Positions 1 to 9,107 of a stretch of DNA of 62,766 nucleotides are shown here, one piece after another. This stretch comes from an uncultured bacterium (GTDB lineage: Bacteria; Bacillota; Clostridia; Lachnospirales; Lachnospiraceae), in NCBI GenBank assembly GCA_937893485.1, contig CALBJL010000049.1, positions 1-62,766 on the forward strand, read 5' to 3'. Position numbers and translations under genes: made by a program. Below the pieces are notes generated by a model. The model worked only from the letters and a program-made list of their open reading frames with translations, was not told where the DNA came from and did no database searches. How positions within the stretch are numbered: the first letter of the stretch is position 1; each line of letters starts with the position of its first letter.

Positions 1-51
1 TCGGAATGGTTCGTGCAATGAAAGCAAAACAGACATGCTTGCGGGAGCTGC
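1..51 (-). repeat. Partial (window-truncated) inverted copy of the non-coding element at 20125-20594
   Basis: Reverse complement of 1-51 matches 20126-20176 at 48/51 positions. Confidence 0.9.
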
Positions 52-190
52 AAATGCAGGATATAGTGCCCGCATGCCTTGAAACACCATATAAATAGTT
101 TCACAATTACCTATTACCCGAGGAAATGCAAAAGCAGAACGCAGGGCTGGGAGGTTGAAGGAAAGAATGAGAAAAAAAGAAAAAAGGAAC

Positions 191-1387
191 ATGAATATAC
201 AAAAAGACGGTCAGAAAGCGGGGCGGTTATATATCTCTCTCGTAATCGGCGCCCTTGCGGTGGGCGGCATCTGTATCTTTGCTTTGCCGCAGCAGACATA
301 TTCCGCACAGGAAAACCGGTATCTGACAACCCGCCCGCAGATCAGTGTAGACGGCATCTTTTCCGGTGAAGTGCAAACGGATCTGACAAACGCGGCGAAC
401 GACCAGTTTCCGGCGCGCGACCTGTGGATGAAGACTGCCACAACGAGTCAGTATCTGCTGTATCACAGGGAAATCAACGGCGTTTATATCGGCGAGAACG
501 GCTATTTATTTGAAAAAGTCGTAGACAGCGATCTCTCGGAGCAGAATTACAGAAAAAATATCGGATTTGTCACAGCATTGCGGCAAAATGCGGATACAGA
601 GGTATCTGTTATGCTCGTGCCGACACCGGGGACGATTCTGACAGATCAGTTGCCCAAACGGGCGGTGCTCTATGATCCTCTGCCGTATGATACGCTGGGT
701 GAGGAGCTGTGTGAGGCGGATTCGGTGCGTTGGCTCGCGATCAGGGATGAGATCGTGCGCGCCGCGCATGACAGCGTCCGTCCACTGTATTTCAAGACCG
801 ATCACCACTGGACGACAAACGGTGCCTATGTAGGGGCATCGCTCTATTTGCAGGCGCATGGAATCACGCCCGTGCCGCAGGAGCGCTATGATGTGCAGAC
901 AAAGAGTACCAGTTTTTTTGGCACGCTCTATTCCAAGGTAGCCGGACTGCCGGGAGCAAGACCGGAGAAGATCGATCTGCCAATGAATCTGCCGCAGGGC
1001 ATCAGCATCGAGACAAGCGGTGCACCCGCAGATGCACTCAGCACAAACGGCACGCATGAAATGCTGCAGTTAAGCGGGATCTATGATCTGAGCAAGCTGG
1101 AAGTGAAGGATCAGTATGCAGTCTATTTCGGCGGCAACTACGGATCACTGACGATCACGAATCCCGATGCGCAGACAGACCGCCACCTGCTCATACTCAA
1201 GGATTCTTACGCGAACAGTATGGTGCCGTATCTGATCGACGGCTATGCACAGATTACGATGATCGATCTGCGCTATTATAATGAATCCGTATCCGAGCTC
1301 GCCGCACAGGACTGGGACGAGATACTCGTGTGCTACGAAATGAGCAATTTTATAAAAGATAAAAATCTTTTCAAAATTTTACGTTAA
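191..1387 (+). CDS. DHHW-family (AlgJ/SGNH-like) membrane-anchored protein, likely cell-surface O-acylation
   Basis: N-terminal TM segment, YFKTDHHWT motif, LLILKDSYAN motif; ATG 191 after AAGGA. Confidence 0.8.
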   Translation: MNIQKDGQKAGRLYISLVIGALAVGGICIFALPQQTYSAQENRYLTTRPQISVDGIFSGEVQTDLTNAANDQFPARDLWMKTATTSQYLLYHREINGVYIGENGYLFEKVVDSDLSEQNYRKNIGFVTALRQNADTEVSVMLVPTPGTILTDQLPKRAVLYDPLPYDTLGEELCEADSVRWLAIRDEIVRAAHDSVRPLYFKTDHHWTTNGAYVGASLYLQAHGITPVPQERYDVQTKSTSFFGTLYSKVAGLPGARPEKIDLPMNLPQGISIETSGAPADALSTNGTHEMLQLSGIYDLSKLEVKDQYAVYFGGNYGSLTITNPDAQTDRHLLILKDSYANSMVPYLIDGYAQITMIDLRYYNESVSELAAQDWDEILVCYEMSNFIKDKNLFKILR

Positions 1388-1486
1388 AAGTGTAGTGTAT
1401 ACCTGACAGGCTGCGTTTGGTTAGATGTAAGTACCTCAGAAAAGCCGCGGTGACGACCGTGGCAGGCGCGCAGAGGAGACAGCAAC

Positions 1487-2038
1487 ATGTTATTATTTTT
1501 ATCCATGCTGGATACAGAGGAAGAGCAGAGCAAGTTTGCATTTCTGTATGAAAAATACCGCTATCTGATGTGGTATGTGGCAAAAGACATCTTAAAAGAT
1601 AAGGATCTGGCTGAGGATGCCGTGCAGGAGGCATTTTTGACGCTGACAAAGCATCTGGATCAGATAGAGAAACCGGACAGTCCGCAGGCAAAGCGGTTTC
1701 TTGTGACGATCACAAAGAGCAGGGCGATTGATCTGCTGCGCAGGGAGCGCAAGGCAGAGTTTACCGAATATGAGGATGCGCTGGGAGATGCCACCGGAGC
1801 GGACGATACGCTGGATACATATCTGAAGCTGGAGGCTTACGAGCAGCTTGTAGACGCGATCCGCAGTCTGGATGAAAATTACCGGGTAGTCTTAGAATGC
1901 CGTTATCTGCATGAATTGTCGGAAAAGGAGACCGCAAAGGTGCTCGGGCTGGCAGAAAAGACGGTGAATGTGCGGACTTACCGGGCGAGAAACAAATTAA
2001 AGCAAGTGCTTCAGCAGTATCAGGGAGGTAATCTATGA
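1487..2038 (+). CDS. ECF RNA polymerase sigma-70 factor
   Basis: AEDAVQEAFL region 2, region 4 HTH (ETAKVLG...TVNVRTYRARNKL); RBS GAGGAG. Confidence 0.9.
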   Translation: MLLFLSMLDTEEEQSKFAFLYEKYRYLMWYVAKDILKDKDLAEDAVQEAFLTLTKHLDQIEKPDSPQAKRFLVTITKSRAIDLLRRERKAEFTEYEDALGDATGADDTLDTYLKLEAYEQLVDAIRSLDENYRVVLECRYLHELSEKETAKVLGLAEKTVNVRTYRARNKLKQVLQQYQGGNL

Positions 2039-2955
2039 GTCTGAATATGAATGGCGAGCGGCTGCTTGCCGAGGCACTGGCAGATGCAATGAACCGGGAT
2101 CTGGAGCAGGTTCCCTCACAGGAGCAGCTCAAGCAGGAGCATCAGTTTTCCAGATCTTTTGAGCGCGGGATGCGCAGGCTGGAAAAGCAGGCGGCACATG
2201 GAACAGAAACGGCGGAATCCGGTAAAGTGACCGCGTATCCCGCAAAGAGCTGGCGGAGGTATGGTGCATGGGCAGCAGCGTTTGTGTGCGTGGTCGGTCT
2301 GGCAGCAGTCGCAGCGACGGGTGGACTGTTCCGTATGGGAGCAGGGGATTCGGCAGCTCCGGAACAGGGGTATGCAGAGTCATCAGAAATGGACGGGACA
2401 GCAGATGCAACAGCAGAACAGGCGTGGGATGACGCGGCGGACGATGCGGCAGACGAGGCGTGGGATGACGCGGCGGACGATGCGGCAGACGAGGCGTGGG
2501 ATGATGCAGCGTCAGACAACGCGGATGACAGCGGGAACGCAGACCGTGCATGGCAAAGCGGTGCGTGGGAGGAAAAGGCAACAGCCCCCGACTGGCAGGA
2601 GCAGCTATTGGCTGAGAGCGCAAAAGCGGATGAATGGGTAAGCTGGTCTTACGGGCAGATGTGCGATGACGGTTCGATCATTCTGGACACAACCGTGAAA
2701 GCAGAGCTAACGGAGGGTAACAGACAGCTTCGTGTGAGTGATGTCTGTGATGTCTATTATGAACAGACGGACGGCACATGGACACGGGTGTATCACAATC
2801 CGGATCGCCAGATCAGTCTGTTTAATGGTATCGAGCAGCAGGGAGACAGCTATTTTTTATCTGATCTGAACATGACAGCATCGGGAACATACCGGCTCGT
2901 GCGTCAGGTCAACCAGTACCGGCAGGTATTGCAGTTAAGTGTGGAAACAGATTAA
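2035..2955 (+). CDS. Putative anti-sigma factor / single-TM membrane protein with acidic repeats
   Basis: ATGA overlap with the sigma stop, cytoplasmic N-terminus (HQFSRSFERGM), one TM helix, acidic extracellular linker. Confidence 0.65.
   Translation: MSLNMNGERLLAEALADAMNRDLEQVPSQEQLKQEHQFSRSFERGMRRLEKQAAHGTETAESGKVTAYPAKSWRRYGAWAAAFVCVVGLAAVAATGGLFRMGAGDSAAPEQGYAESSEMDGTADATAEQAWDDAADDAADEAWDDAADDAADEAWDDAASDNADDSGNADRAWQSGAWEEKATAPDWQEQLLAESAKADEWVSWSYGQMCDDGSIILDTTVKAELTEGNRQLRVSDVCDVYYEQTDGTWTRVYHNPDRQISLFNGIEQQGDSYFLSDLNMTASGTYRLVRQVNQYRQVLQLSVETD
2421..2504 (+). repeat. In-frame 36-bp tandem repeat (2 exact copies + partial) encoding AWDDAADDAADE
   Basis: GGCGTGGGATGACGCGGCGGACGATGCGGCAGACGA at 2421 and 2457, partial at 2493. 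Confidence 0.95.
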
Positions 2956-3019
2956 AGTGGAAAACAGGAAAAGCAAAGAGGAACACTGACGTTCGTGTGT
3001 GATGAAAGGGGGAAGTATT

Positions 3020-4108
3020 ATGAGAAAGACAATGGGAAACGGGAAAATCAGAAATAAAAAGCAGATCGTGCTGGTGACACTGCTGACACTGGTCGTGGCA
3101 TTTAGTCTGGCAGGCTGCGGTGCGGCAAGCAAATATGCCTCTGCGGATTCGGCAGCGGCGGAGGCACCACAAATGAATGGATCCGGTGCGGCTGATATGG
3201 GCTATGATGTCAAGGAGGATGCGGTAGATGATGCCGCATACGAGGAGGTAGCAGAAACAGCGGATGCAGCGGACGACGGCATGACGGGTGGAACAGATCC
3301 CGGCACCTCAAAGGCGGCACAGACGAGTGAGAAGATCATTTATACTTATAATTACTCGGTTGAGACAAAGCAGTTTGATACATTCATGGATACCGTGCAG
3401 AAGCGGATCAATGAGTACGGCGGTTATCTGGAGAGCTCTGAGACGAACGGCAATGCAAACCTGAATATAACCAGATATGCCAATATGGTCATCCGTATTC
3501 CGGCAGACAAGATGGATCAGTTTTTGTCAATGGTCAAGGAAAATTCCAATGTCACCTATTCGGGATGTTCTACCGAGAATGTAACACTCAGCTATGTAGA
3601 TCTGCAGAGCCATATCAAGTCGCTCAAGATCGAGCAGGAGACATTGATGGATCTGTTAGAGCGTGCGACAAAGCTGGAGGATGTGCTGACCTTGCAGGCA
3701 CAGTTGACGGATGTGCGTTATCAGTTAGAGAGCTACGAGTCACAGCTTCGCGTATATGATAACCGGATAGACTATGCGACACTGTATCTCGATATCAGTG
3801 AGGTAGAGCGTGAGACAAAGGTCGCAGATAAGCTCAGCTACGGCGAGGAGATCAGTCAGGGATTGTCAGATACGTTCTACTCCATCGGTCAGGGACTGCG
3901 GAGCTTCTCGATCTGGCTGATCGTCAATCTTCCGACAATACTGTTGTGGGCAGTGATTATTGTCGTGATCGTGTGGATCGTGCGCAAAGTGCTCAAGAGG
4001 CATGAGAAATGGCAGGAGAAACGGAGAGAAAAAAAGGCGCAGAAAAGACAGCAGAAAAAAGAGCAGGAACAACAAAAGGAACAGGTAACAGACGATTCCG
4101 CAAAATAA
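3020..4108 (+). CDS. DUF4349-type lipoprotein with C-terminal TM helix
   Basis: Lipobox LAGC, KIIYT...IRIPA...VDLQSHI...LESYESQLR pattern, C-terminal TM plus basic tail. Confidence 0.8.
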   Translation: MRKTMGNGKIRNKKQIVLVTLLTLVVAFSLAGCGAASKYASADSAAAEAPQMNGSGAADMGYDVKEDAVDDAAYEEVAETADAADDGMTGGTDPGTSKAAQTSEKIIYTYNYSVETKQFDTFMDTVQKRINEYGGYLESSETNGNANLNITRYANMVIRIPADKMDQFLSMVKENSNVTYSGCSTENVTLSYVDLQSHIKSLKIEQETLMDLLERATKLEDVLTLQAQLTDVRYQLESYESQLRVYDNRIDYATLYLDISEVERETKVADKLSYGEEISQGLSDTFYSIGQGLRSFSIWLIVNLPTILLWAVIIVVIVWIVRKVLKRHEKWQEKRREKKAQKRQQKKEQEQQKEQVTDDSAK

Positions 4109-4118
4109 GACATCATTC

Positions 4119-4145
4119 AGAGGGCAGCCCTTGCGGTTGCCCTCT
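4119..4145 (+). terminator. Stem-loop after DUF4349 gene
   Basis: AGAGGGCAGCC / GGTTGCCCTCT; short U tract. Confidence 0.55.
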
Positions 4146-4237
4146 TGAGTGTGGTAGAATATAAGCAGTTCAGAGAGCTGTGAAACAGCGGTTTTGCGAA
4201 TGGCTCTGAACTGCTTGTAAAGAAGGAGGAACAAACA

Positions 4238-6754
4238 ATGTATCAGAAGGTCAAAAAACTGCTGGCAGCGCTGTGCGTGTTTGCACTGGTGTTCACTGCG
4301 ATACCGGCTGTGCCCGCAAAGGCAGCGACAGCAGTTCCCAAATTTAAAAAGGTATATGCCAATCTGTACCAGAATGGCAGCACCAAAGGAAAGTACACGT
4401 ATACACTTACGAATCTGAAGAAGGGACAGACAGTCAAATGGACGGTGACAGGTCCCGGAAAATCATATGTCAAGTGGAAAAAGGCGAGCACCAAAGCGAC
4501 CGGCAAGAACGCGAGCAACACGCTGACCATAAAAACAGGCGGCGCGATGGCTGCAAAGAATAAAAAGGTGACCTTGCAGGCAGAGGTCTATTCCGGAACA
4601 TCGTTTTTATATAAGACGACAACCAGCTCCAGAATCAAGATCAAACCGTCAAAGGTGGAGCTGACATTACCCGATGCGGCAGATGATGTGCTGTATGTCG
4701 GTGGCAGCTACCAGTTCGGCTACACGCTGACTCCGGCAAATGCGACCTGTACGAATACGTGGATCGTCACAGGTGAGGATCAGCAGGATTATACCTCTTA
4801 TATGAGCAGCGACGGCACATTCAAACCGATGAAAACAGGTGTTTATACGATCAAGCTGAGTGCGAAGATCGGTACCAGTGAGGTGAAATCTGCGTCTGTG
4901 ACCGTGGAAGTAGCTGACTATATCGTATCCGTGAAACAGACGGATGCCAATAAGATTGAGGTCAATTATTCCGGCGATATGCATGACAAAGTCGCAAAGG
5001 ATGATTTTTCGGTTACAAATGCAGCGGGAGCACCGGCTGTCGTAAAGAGCATGACATTTTCCGAAAACGGCGAGATTGCAACGCTTACACTGCTCACAAA
5101 CCTGCGTGATGCTACCACTTATACGGTCAGCGATGGTCTGACCTCCAAGGCATTTCAGGCGAGCGTGGGCATTCCGGTAAAACTGGAGATTCTCACCCAG
5201 AAGGTGACTGTTGACAAGGAATCCGCGATCGAATATGCATTGTATGACGAGAACGGTGTAAACGTGGCGGCAGCATACCCCGGCACGCTCGACTACGATG
5301 CAGAGGTGACAAACGGATACATCACAGACAATAAAAAGCTGTATATGACGACCGTTGGCAAGACCGCAACCGTGACCGTAAAGTATACGAGCAAGACGGA
5401 GGCGGGACTGGTTCTGAGTGCTGTCGGTGTCATTACCTGTGAGGCGGCAACGACATCTACCGACACGAATTTTACGATGACAACAGCGGCGACGGCTCCC
5501 GATTATACGGCAGCCAGCTACAAGGATAACCGCCGCGTGGCGATTGGAAAGACGTATTATGCACATTTCCGTGCGCTGGATACCGATAAGAGCGAGATCA
5601 AATATACATCTGTCAAATACGAGTCCTCAGACCCCGATGCACTGATCATCACAAAAGATGGCAAAGTGACCCCGATCCGCAGCGGACAGGTAAATATCAT
5701 CGTGACAGCGGTATATGCGGGCGAGGAGTATGCCTACAGCTATGACGTTACAGTGGCAGAAGCACCGAAGCTGGCTTCCATCAATCTGAGCGCGGACAGC
5801 GTGACGATTTCTAATGTATATAACTCAGAATATCGCCAGTATATCGATGTGACCGCACTCGATCAGTACAACGAGCGTTTTGCACTGACCGGAGAGACCG
5901 CGAGCGTGACGAATACGACGACCAGCCTCATCAATACGAGTGTGGCAAGCTACGATGCAGCGAATGACCGCATTGTCATCAACGCATCCAATGCGGTAGT
6001 CGGCACTTATAATTATACGCTGACATTGACCTCCGGCACGGAAAAGGTGTCTGCGGCATTCTCTGTAGTTATCGTCAGCCCCGGCAGTGTGCCTTCCAAT
6101 GCAGCGACGACTTATGCGATTGAGATGGATAAGCACAGCGATGACCTGTCACTCACGACGGATGTCAGCGGCAGCCGTTATGTAAATGTGCGTCTGGCAC
6201 AGTACAGAGGCGGTGTATTTACAAACTATGCGATGTTTACATCTGCAACCGTGACAAAGGGCAGCGAGTATTACAGCGCGGATCTGACGGTACCGGGAAC
6301 GGCTTCCAAGCAGACACTCGGCGCATCCACCCGCCTGTCGTTAAAGACACTGGATATTACATCCGATGTAGGCCGCAAGGCACCGACCGGAACGTATACG
6401 ATTACCCTGCAGTATTATTCACAGGCAGATAAAGGCTATATGACACTGTCATCGACGCTCACACTGACAGATACACAGGATCAGCCGGAGATTACGATCG
6501 AGCGTGTCACCGCATCCAAGAGCTGTGCGACAGCGTTAGAGCTTGCGCAGAACTGTCTGATTCCTGAGAATGGTACGATTACCGAGTGTGCAGTGACCGG
6601 CGAGACAGAGCCCGGTTCCAAGGTGGCAGTCAAAGCGGGCGATCAGGTTAATATCAGATCCGTTACTGTGGTAGGTACTTACCAGATCGCAGGAGACCGG
6701 AAGATCACGATGACCTATACGATCTCAGTCGGAAAGACATTGACAAATATCTGA
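4238..6754 (+). CDS. Large secreted surface protein with Ig-like (Big_2-type) domains
   Basis: Signal peptide ending PAKA, T/V/A-rich beta-type sequence, YESSDPDALIITKDGKVT motif; strong AAGGAGG RBS. Confidence 0.75.
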   Translation: MYQKVKKLLAALCVFALVFTAIPAVPAKAATAVPKFKKVYANLYQNGSTKGKYTYTLTNLKKGQTVKWTVTGPGKSYVKWKKASTKATGKNASNTLTIKTGGAMAAKNKKVTLQAEVYSGTSFLYKTTTSSRIKIKPSKVELTLPDAADDVLYVGGSYQFGYTLTPANATCTNTWIVTGEDQQDYTSYMSSDGTFKPMKTGVYTIKLSAKIGTSEVKSASVTVEVADYIVSVKQTDANKIEVNYSGDMHDKVAKDDFSVTNAAGAPAVVKSMTFSENGEIATLTLLTNLRDATTYTVSDGLTSKAFQASVGIPVKLEILTQKVTVDKESAIEYALYDENGVNVAAAYPGTLDYDAEVTNGYITDNKKLYMTTVGKTATVTVKYTSKTEAGLVLSAVGVITCEAATTSTDTNFTMTTAATAPDYTAASYKDNRRVAIGKTYYAHFRALDTDKSEIKYTSVKYESSDPDALIITKDGKVTPIRSGQVNIIVTAVYAGEEYAYSYDVTVAEAPKLASINLSADSVTISNVYNSEYRQYIDVTALDQYNERFALTGETASVTNTTTSLINTSVASYDAANDRIVINASNAVVGTYNYTLTLTSGTEKVSAAFSVVIVSPGSVPSNAATTYAIEMDKHSDDLSLTTDVSGSRYVNVRLAQYRGGVFTNYAMFTSATVTKGSEYYSADLTVPGTASKQTLGASTRLSLKTLDITSDVGRKAPTGTYTITLQYYSQADKGYMTLSSTLTLTDTQDQPEITIERVTASKSCATALELAQNCLIPENGTITECAVTGETEPGSKVAVKAGDQVNIRSVTVVGTYQIAGDRKITMTYTISVGKTLTNI

Positions 6755-6773
6755 CAACATAATGTAAAATAAC

Positions 6774-6809
6774 AACAAGAGTGGTTTCCGGTTGGAAACC
6801 ACTCTTGTT
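6774..6809. terminator. Bidirectional intrinsic terminator
   Basis: 16-bp perfect inverted repeat AACAAGAGTGGTTTCC/GGAAACCACTCTTGTT between convergent genes. Confidence 0.85.
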
Positions 6810-6824
6810 ATGTAAATAGAAAAT

Positions 6825-7244
6825 TTAATTTTTAGAGTCATCATTCGACAGATAGCGCATGCGGTTAGAATCGGCTTTTTTGGAAGCAGAGATATAGGCG
6901 ACTTCTTTGCCGCCGTTCATCGTGCGCATGCAGTTGGGACACAGTGTGCCAAAAGAAACGGGTACACCACACCGTTGACAACGGGTATTCATCATTTTAT
7001 TCTCGCCGGTCACATATTCGATGCGACCTTCCTTGATCCATTTGCGCACCTTATTCTGCGGAATATGAAAAATCTCTGCCAATTCAAACTCTGTGACGTC
7101 ATGTGTACGGATATATTCGCGGATCTCCTTAAAGAGTACATCATCCTCGCATGTGGGGCAGTGATCTTTTTCATAGCTGATCGGCAGTGCCCGTCCACAC
7201 ATCGTGCACAGTTTGTAATTGCTCAGTTCTTCGGGTTGTTTCAT
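6825..7244 (-). CDS. YvyF-like double Zn-ribbon/HTH protein (flagellar operon protein-like)
   Basis: CxxCG..CPxC, central IREYIR...VRKWIKEGRI, second CxxCG..CPxC. Confidence 0.7.
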   Translation of the reverse strand: MKQPEELSNYKLCTMCGRALPISYEKDHCPTCEDDVLFKEIREYIRTHDVTEFELAEIFHIPQNKVRKWIKEGRIEYVTGENKMMNTRCQRCGVPVSFGTLCPNCMRTMNGGKEVAYISASKKADSNRMRYLSNDDSKN

Positions 7245-8248
7245 GGTACATCCTCCTCACAATTTTCATATAGAGATAGAATATCCTGCAAATACTCTCG
7301 ATATTGTGTACATATCGTGGCAGGAGAGATCATCCGCACGCGGCTGCCGAGACCGGACAGCCAGCCAAAAAACTGACGGCTGACGGCGACGCTGACACGC
7401 ACCTGCAATTCGCGGTCAGATACGGCGCGCATAGGGACATCTGTTCCGAAACGGTCGATCATAACCCCTGCGAGTGAATGGTCACAACGGAGTGTAACGA
7501 CAGTTTCTTCACCGGCAAACATGCCAAACGTCTTTTTGGCAAATCCGGCGATATCTAATGCCTCAAATGCGTCTTTTCCCATACGGGGCTGTTCACAGAC
7601 GCTGAGGCGCAGCATTTTATCAACGCGATAGTATTTTAAAATCGCTGCTTCATCATCATAGGCAATCAGATAATAATTCTCATCCTCCCAGGTCATAAGC
7701 CAGGGGCTGACCTCATAGAAGGCGCCTGATTTGCGCGGAACGAGCTGCTTCGATGCAGACCATTCGCAGTAGAGGAACCGGATCTGGTTGTCCGATGCCA
7801 TTGCAGCGTAGATCGTGTCGACATTATAGTAAATCTGCTCATTATTTGATTTGCCGCGCTGGGCAACGACCACCTGACGGTGGAGCTGGCTGGCTTCCAT
7901 GTGGCTCGTGAGTGTTTCCAGCTTGGTAATCAGCGCGCGGGATTTCCTGGCAGTCACAAATTTGGATGCCTGCACCGCGTCTACAAGGAGCTTCAGCTCT
8001 GCCAGTTCAAATCGTCTGCCGGCGAGGTAATAGCCTCTGGGATTGTCGCGCGTTGCGATAATATCAAGCCCAAACTTCTGAAGCGCATGGATATCATCAT
8101 AGATGCTTTTGCGCTCCGCATGGATGCCCTGTGTCTCTAAATAGGCAATGATCTCAGCCGTTGACACCGGATGCTGTTCGTCCGTGCGCTCAGACAGAAA
8201 CTGTGCCAGATACAGGATTTTCAGTTTTTGACCATAAGATTTGGGCAT
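7241..8248 (-). CDS. WYL-domain transcriptional regulator
   Basis: N-terminal wHTH (ERKSIYDDI), VSPWLMTWEDENYYL..YYRVDKM WYL motif, C-terminal WCX-like region. Confidence 0.88.
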   Translation of the reverse strand: MPKSYGQKLKILYLAQFLSERTDEQHPVSTAEIIAYLETQGIHAERKSIYDDIHALQKFGLDIIATRDNPRGYYLAGRRFELAELKLLVDAVQASKFVTARKSRALITKLETLTSHMEASQLHRQVVVAQRGKSNNEQIYYNVDTIYAAMASDNQIRFLYCEWSASKQLVPRKSGAFYEVSPWLMTWEDENYYLIAYDDEAAILKYYRVDKMLRLSVCEQPRMGKDAFEALDIAGFAKKTFGMFAGEETVVTLRCDHSLAGVMIDRFGTDVPMRAVSDRELQVRVSVAVSRQFFGWLSGLGSRVRMISPATICTQYREYLQDILSLYENCEEDVP

Positions 8249-8319
8249 AGTAAATCCCTCGTAATTAGATATTTAGATATAGTGTAGCATACTTTTGGAA
8301 AAATGGGAAAAAAATATAT

Positions 8320-8419
8320 GAAAAAACGACCGCGTTCGCGATCGTTTTTTCGAGGAGTTTAGTTATGAAAATGTTACATCTATATAGGGAATTGTTGCTA
8401 TCAACATCTCTGTTGATAG
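8320..8419 (-). ncRNA. Putative ~100-nt small regulatory RNA
   Basis: Minus strand: TATACT -10, GAGA-tetraloop stem, single-stranded UUCCC/CUCCUC region, GC-rich terminator with U6. Confidence 0.55.
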
Positions 8420-8582
8420 ACATAGTATATCGAGCAAATGTGACCAAATTGTGTCCGAAACATAAAAGAAATCTAAAATAAATCTTAAACAATTCTAACC
8501 TTTCATACCTTGTATCAGTGCAGGCTCTGTGCTAGAATAAAAAACGGTAACAGGATGAAAGAAAACAAAAAGGACGGTCTCA

Positions 8583-9053
8583 ATGACAATAGAATTATTT
8601 TTTTCGAAGCTGCTCAGCAATCAGGTTCTGATGGGTGGAATTGCCGGATGGTTTGCGGCTCAGTTTTGCAAGACACTGCTCTATGCAATTATCAATCATA
8701 AACTGGATATCAGTCGTTTCTGGGGGGATGGCGGCATGCCTTCCGCACATTCGTCTACGGTGAGCTGTATGGCAGTAACGGCAGGGATCGTGTATGGCGT
8801 GGAGTCCTTTCCGTTTGCGGTCTGTGTGATTGTGGCACTGATCACGATGCGTGACGCGATGGGCGTGCGTCTGGAGACCGGAAAGCAGGCAAAGCTGCTC
8901 AATGAAATGGTGCGTCTGTTTTCGAAGGACAATCCCAGTCTGCCGGAGGAACGTCTGAAAGAATTTGTCGGACATACGCCGATGCAGGTATTGATGGGAT
9001 GTGTGACCGGCTGTGTGATGGCAGTGCTGATCCATATTGCATTCTATATGTGA
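8583..9053 (+). CDS. Divergent PAP2 family (DUF212) membrane protein
   Basis: GGMPSAHSS, MRDAMGVR, LKEFVGHTP motifs. Confidence 0.9.
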   Translation: MTIELFFSKLLSNQVLMGGIAGWFAAQFCKTLLYAIINHKLDISRFWGDGGMPSAHSSTVSCMAVTAGIVYGVESFPFAVCVIVALITMRDAMGVRLETGKQAKLLNEMVRLFSKDNPSLPEERLKEFVGHTPMQVLMGCVTGCVMAVLIHIAFYM

Positions 9054-9107
9054 CAGAGGATAAGCAGCGTTTGGGAAACGTTCAGGTGATAGAGGTTAGT
9101 AATAGGA

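Noticed and set aside
2421..2504. 36-bp repeats as a CRISPR array
   Set aside because: Head-to-tail with no spacers, in frame inside a CDS, no cas genes
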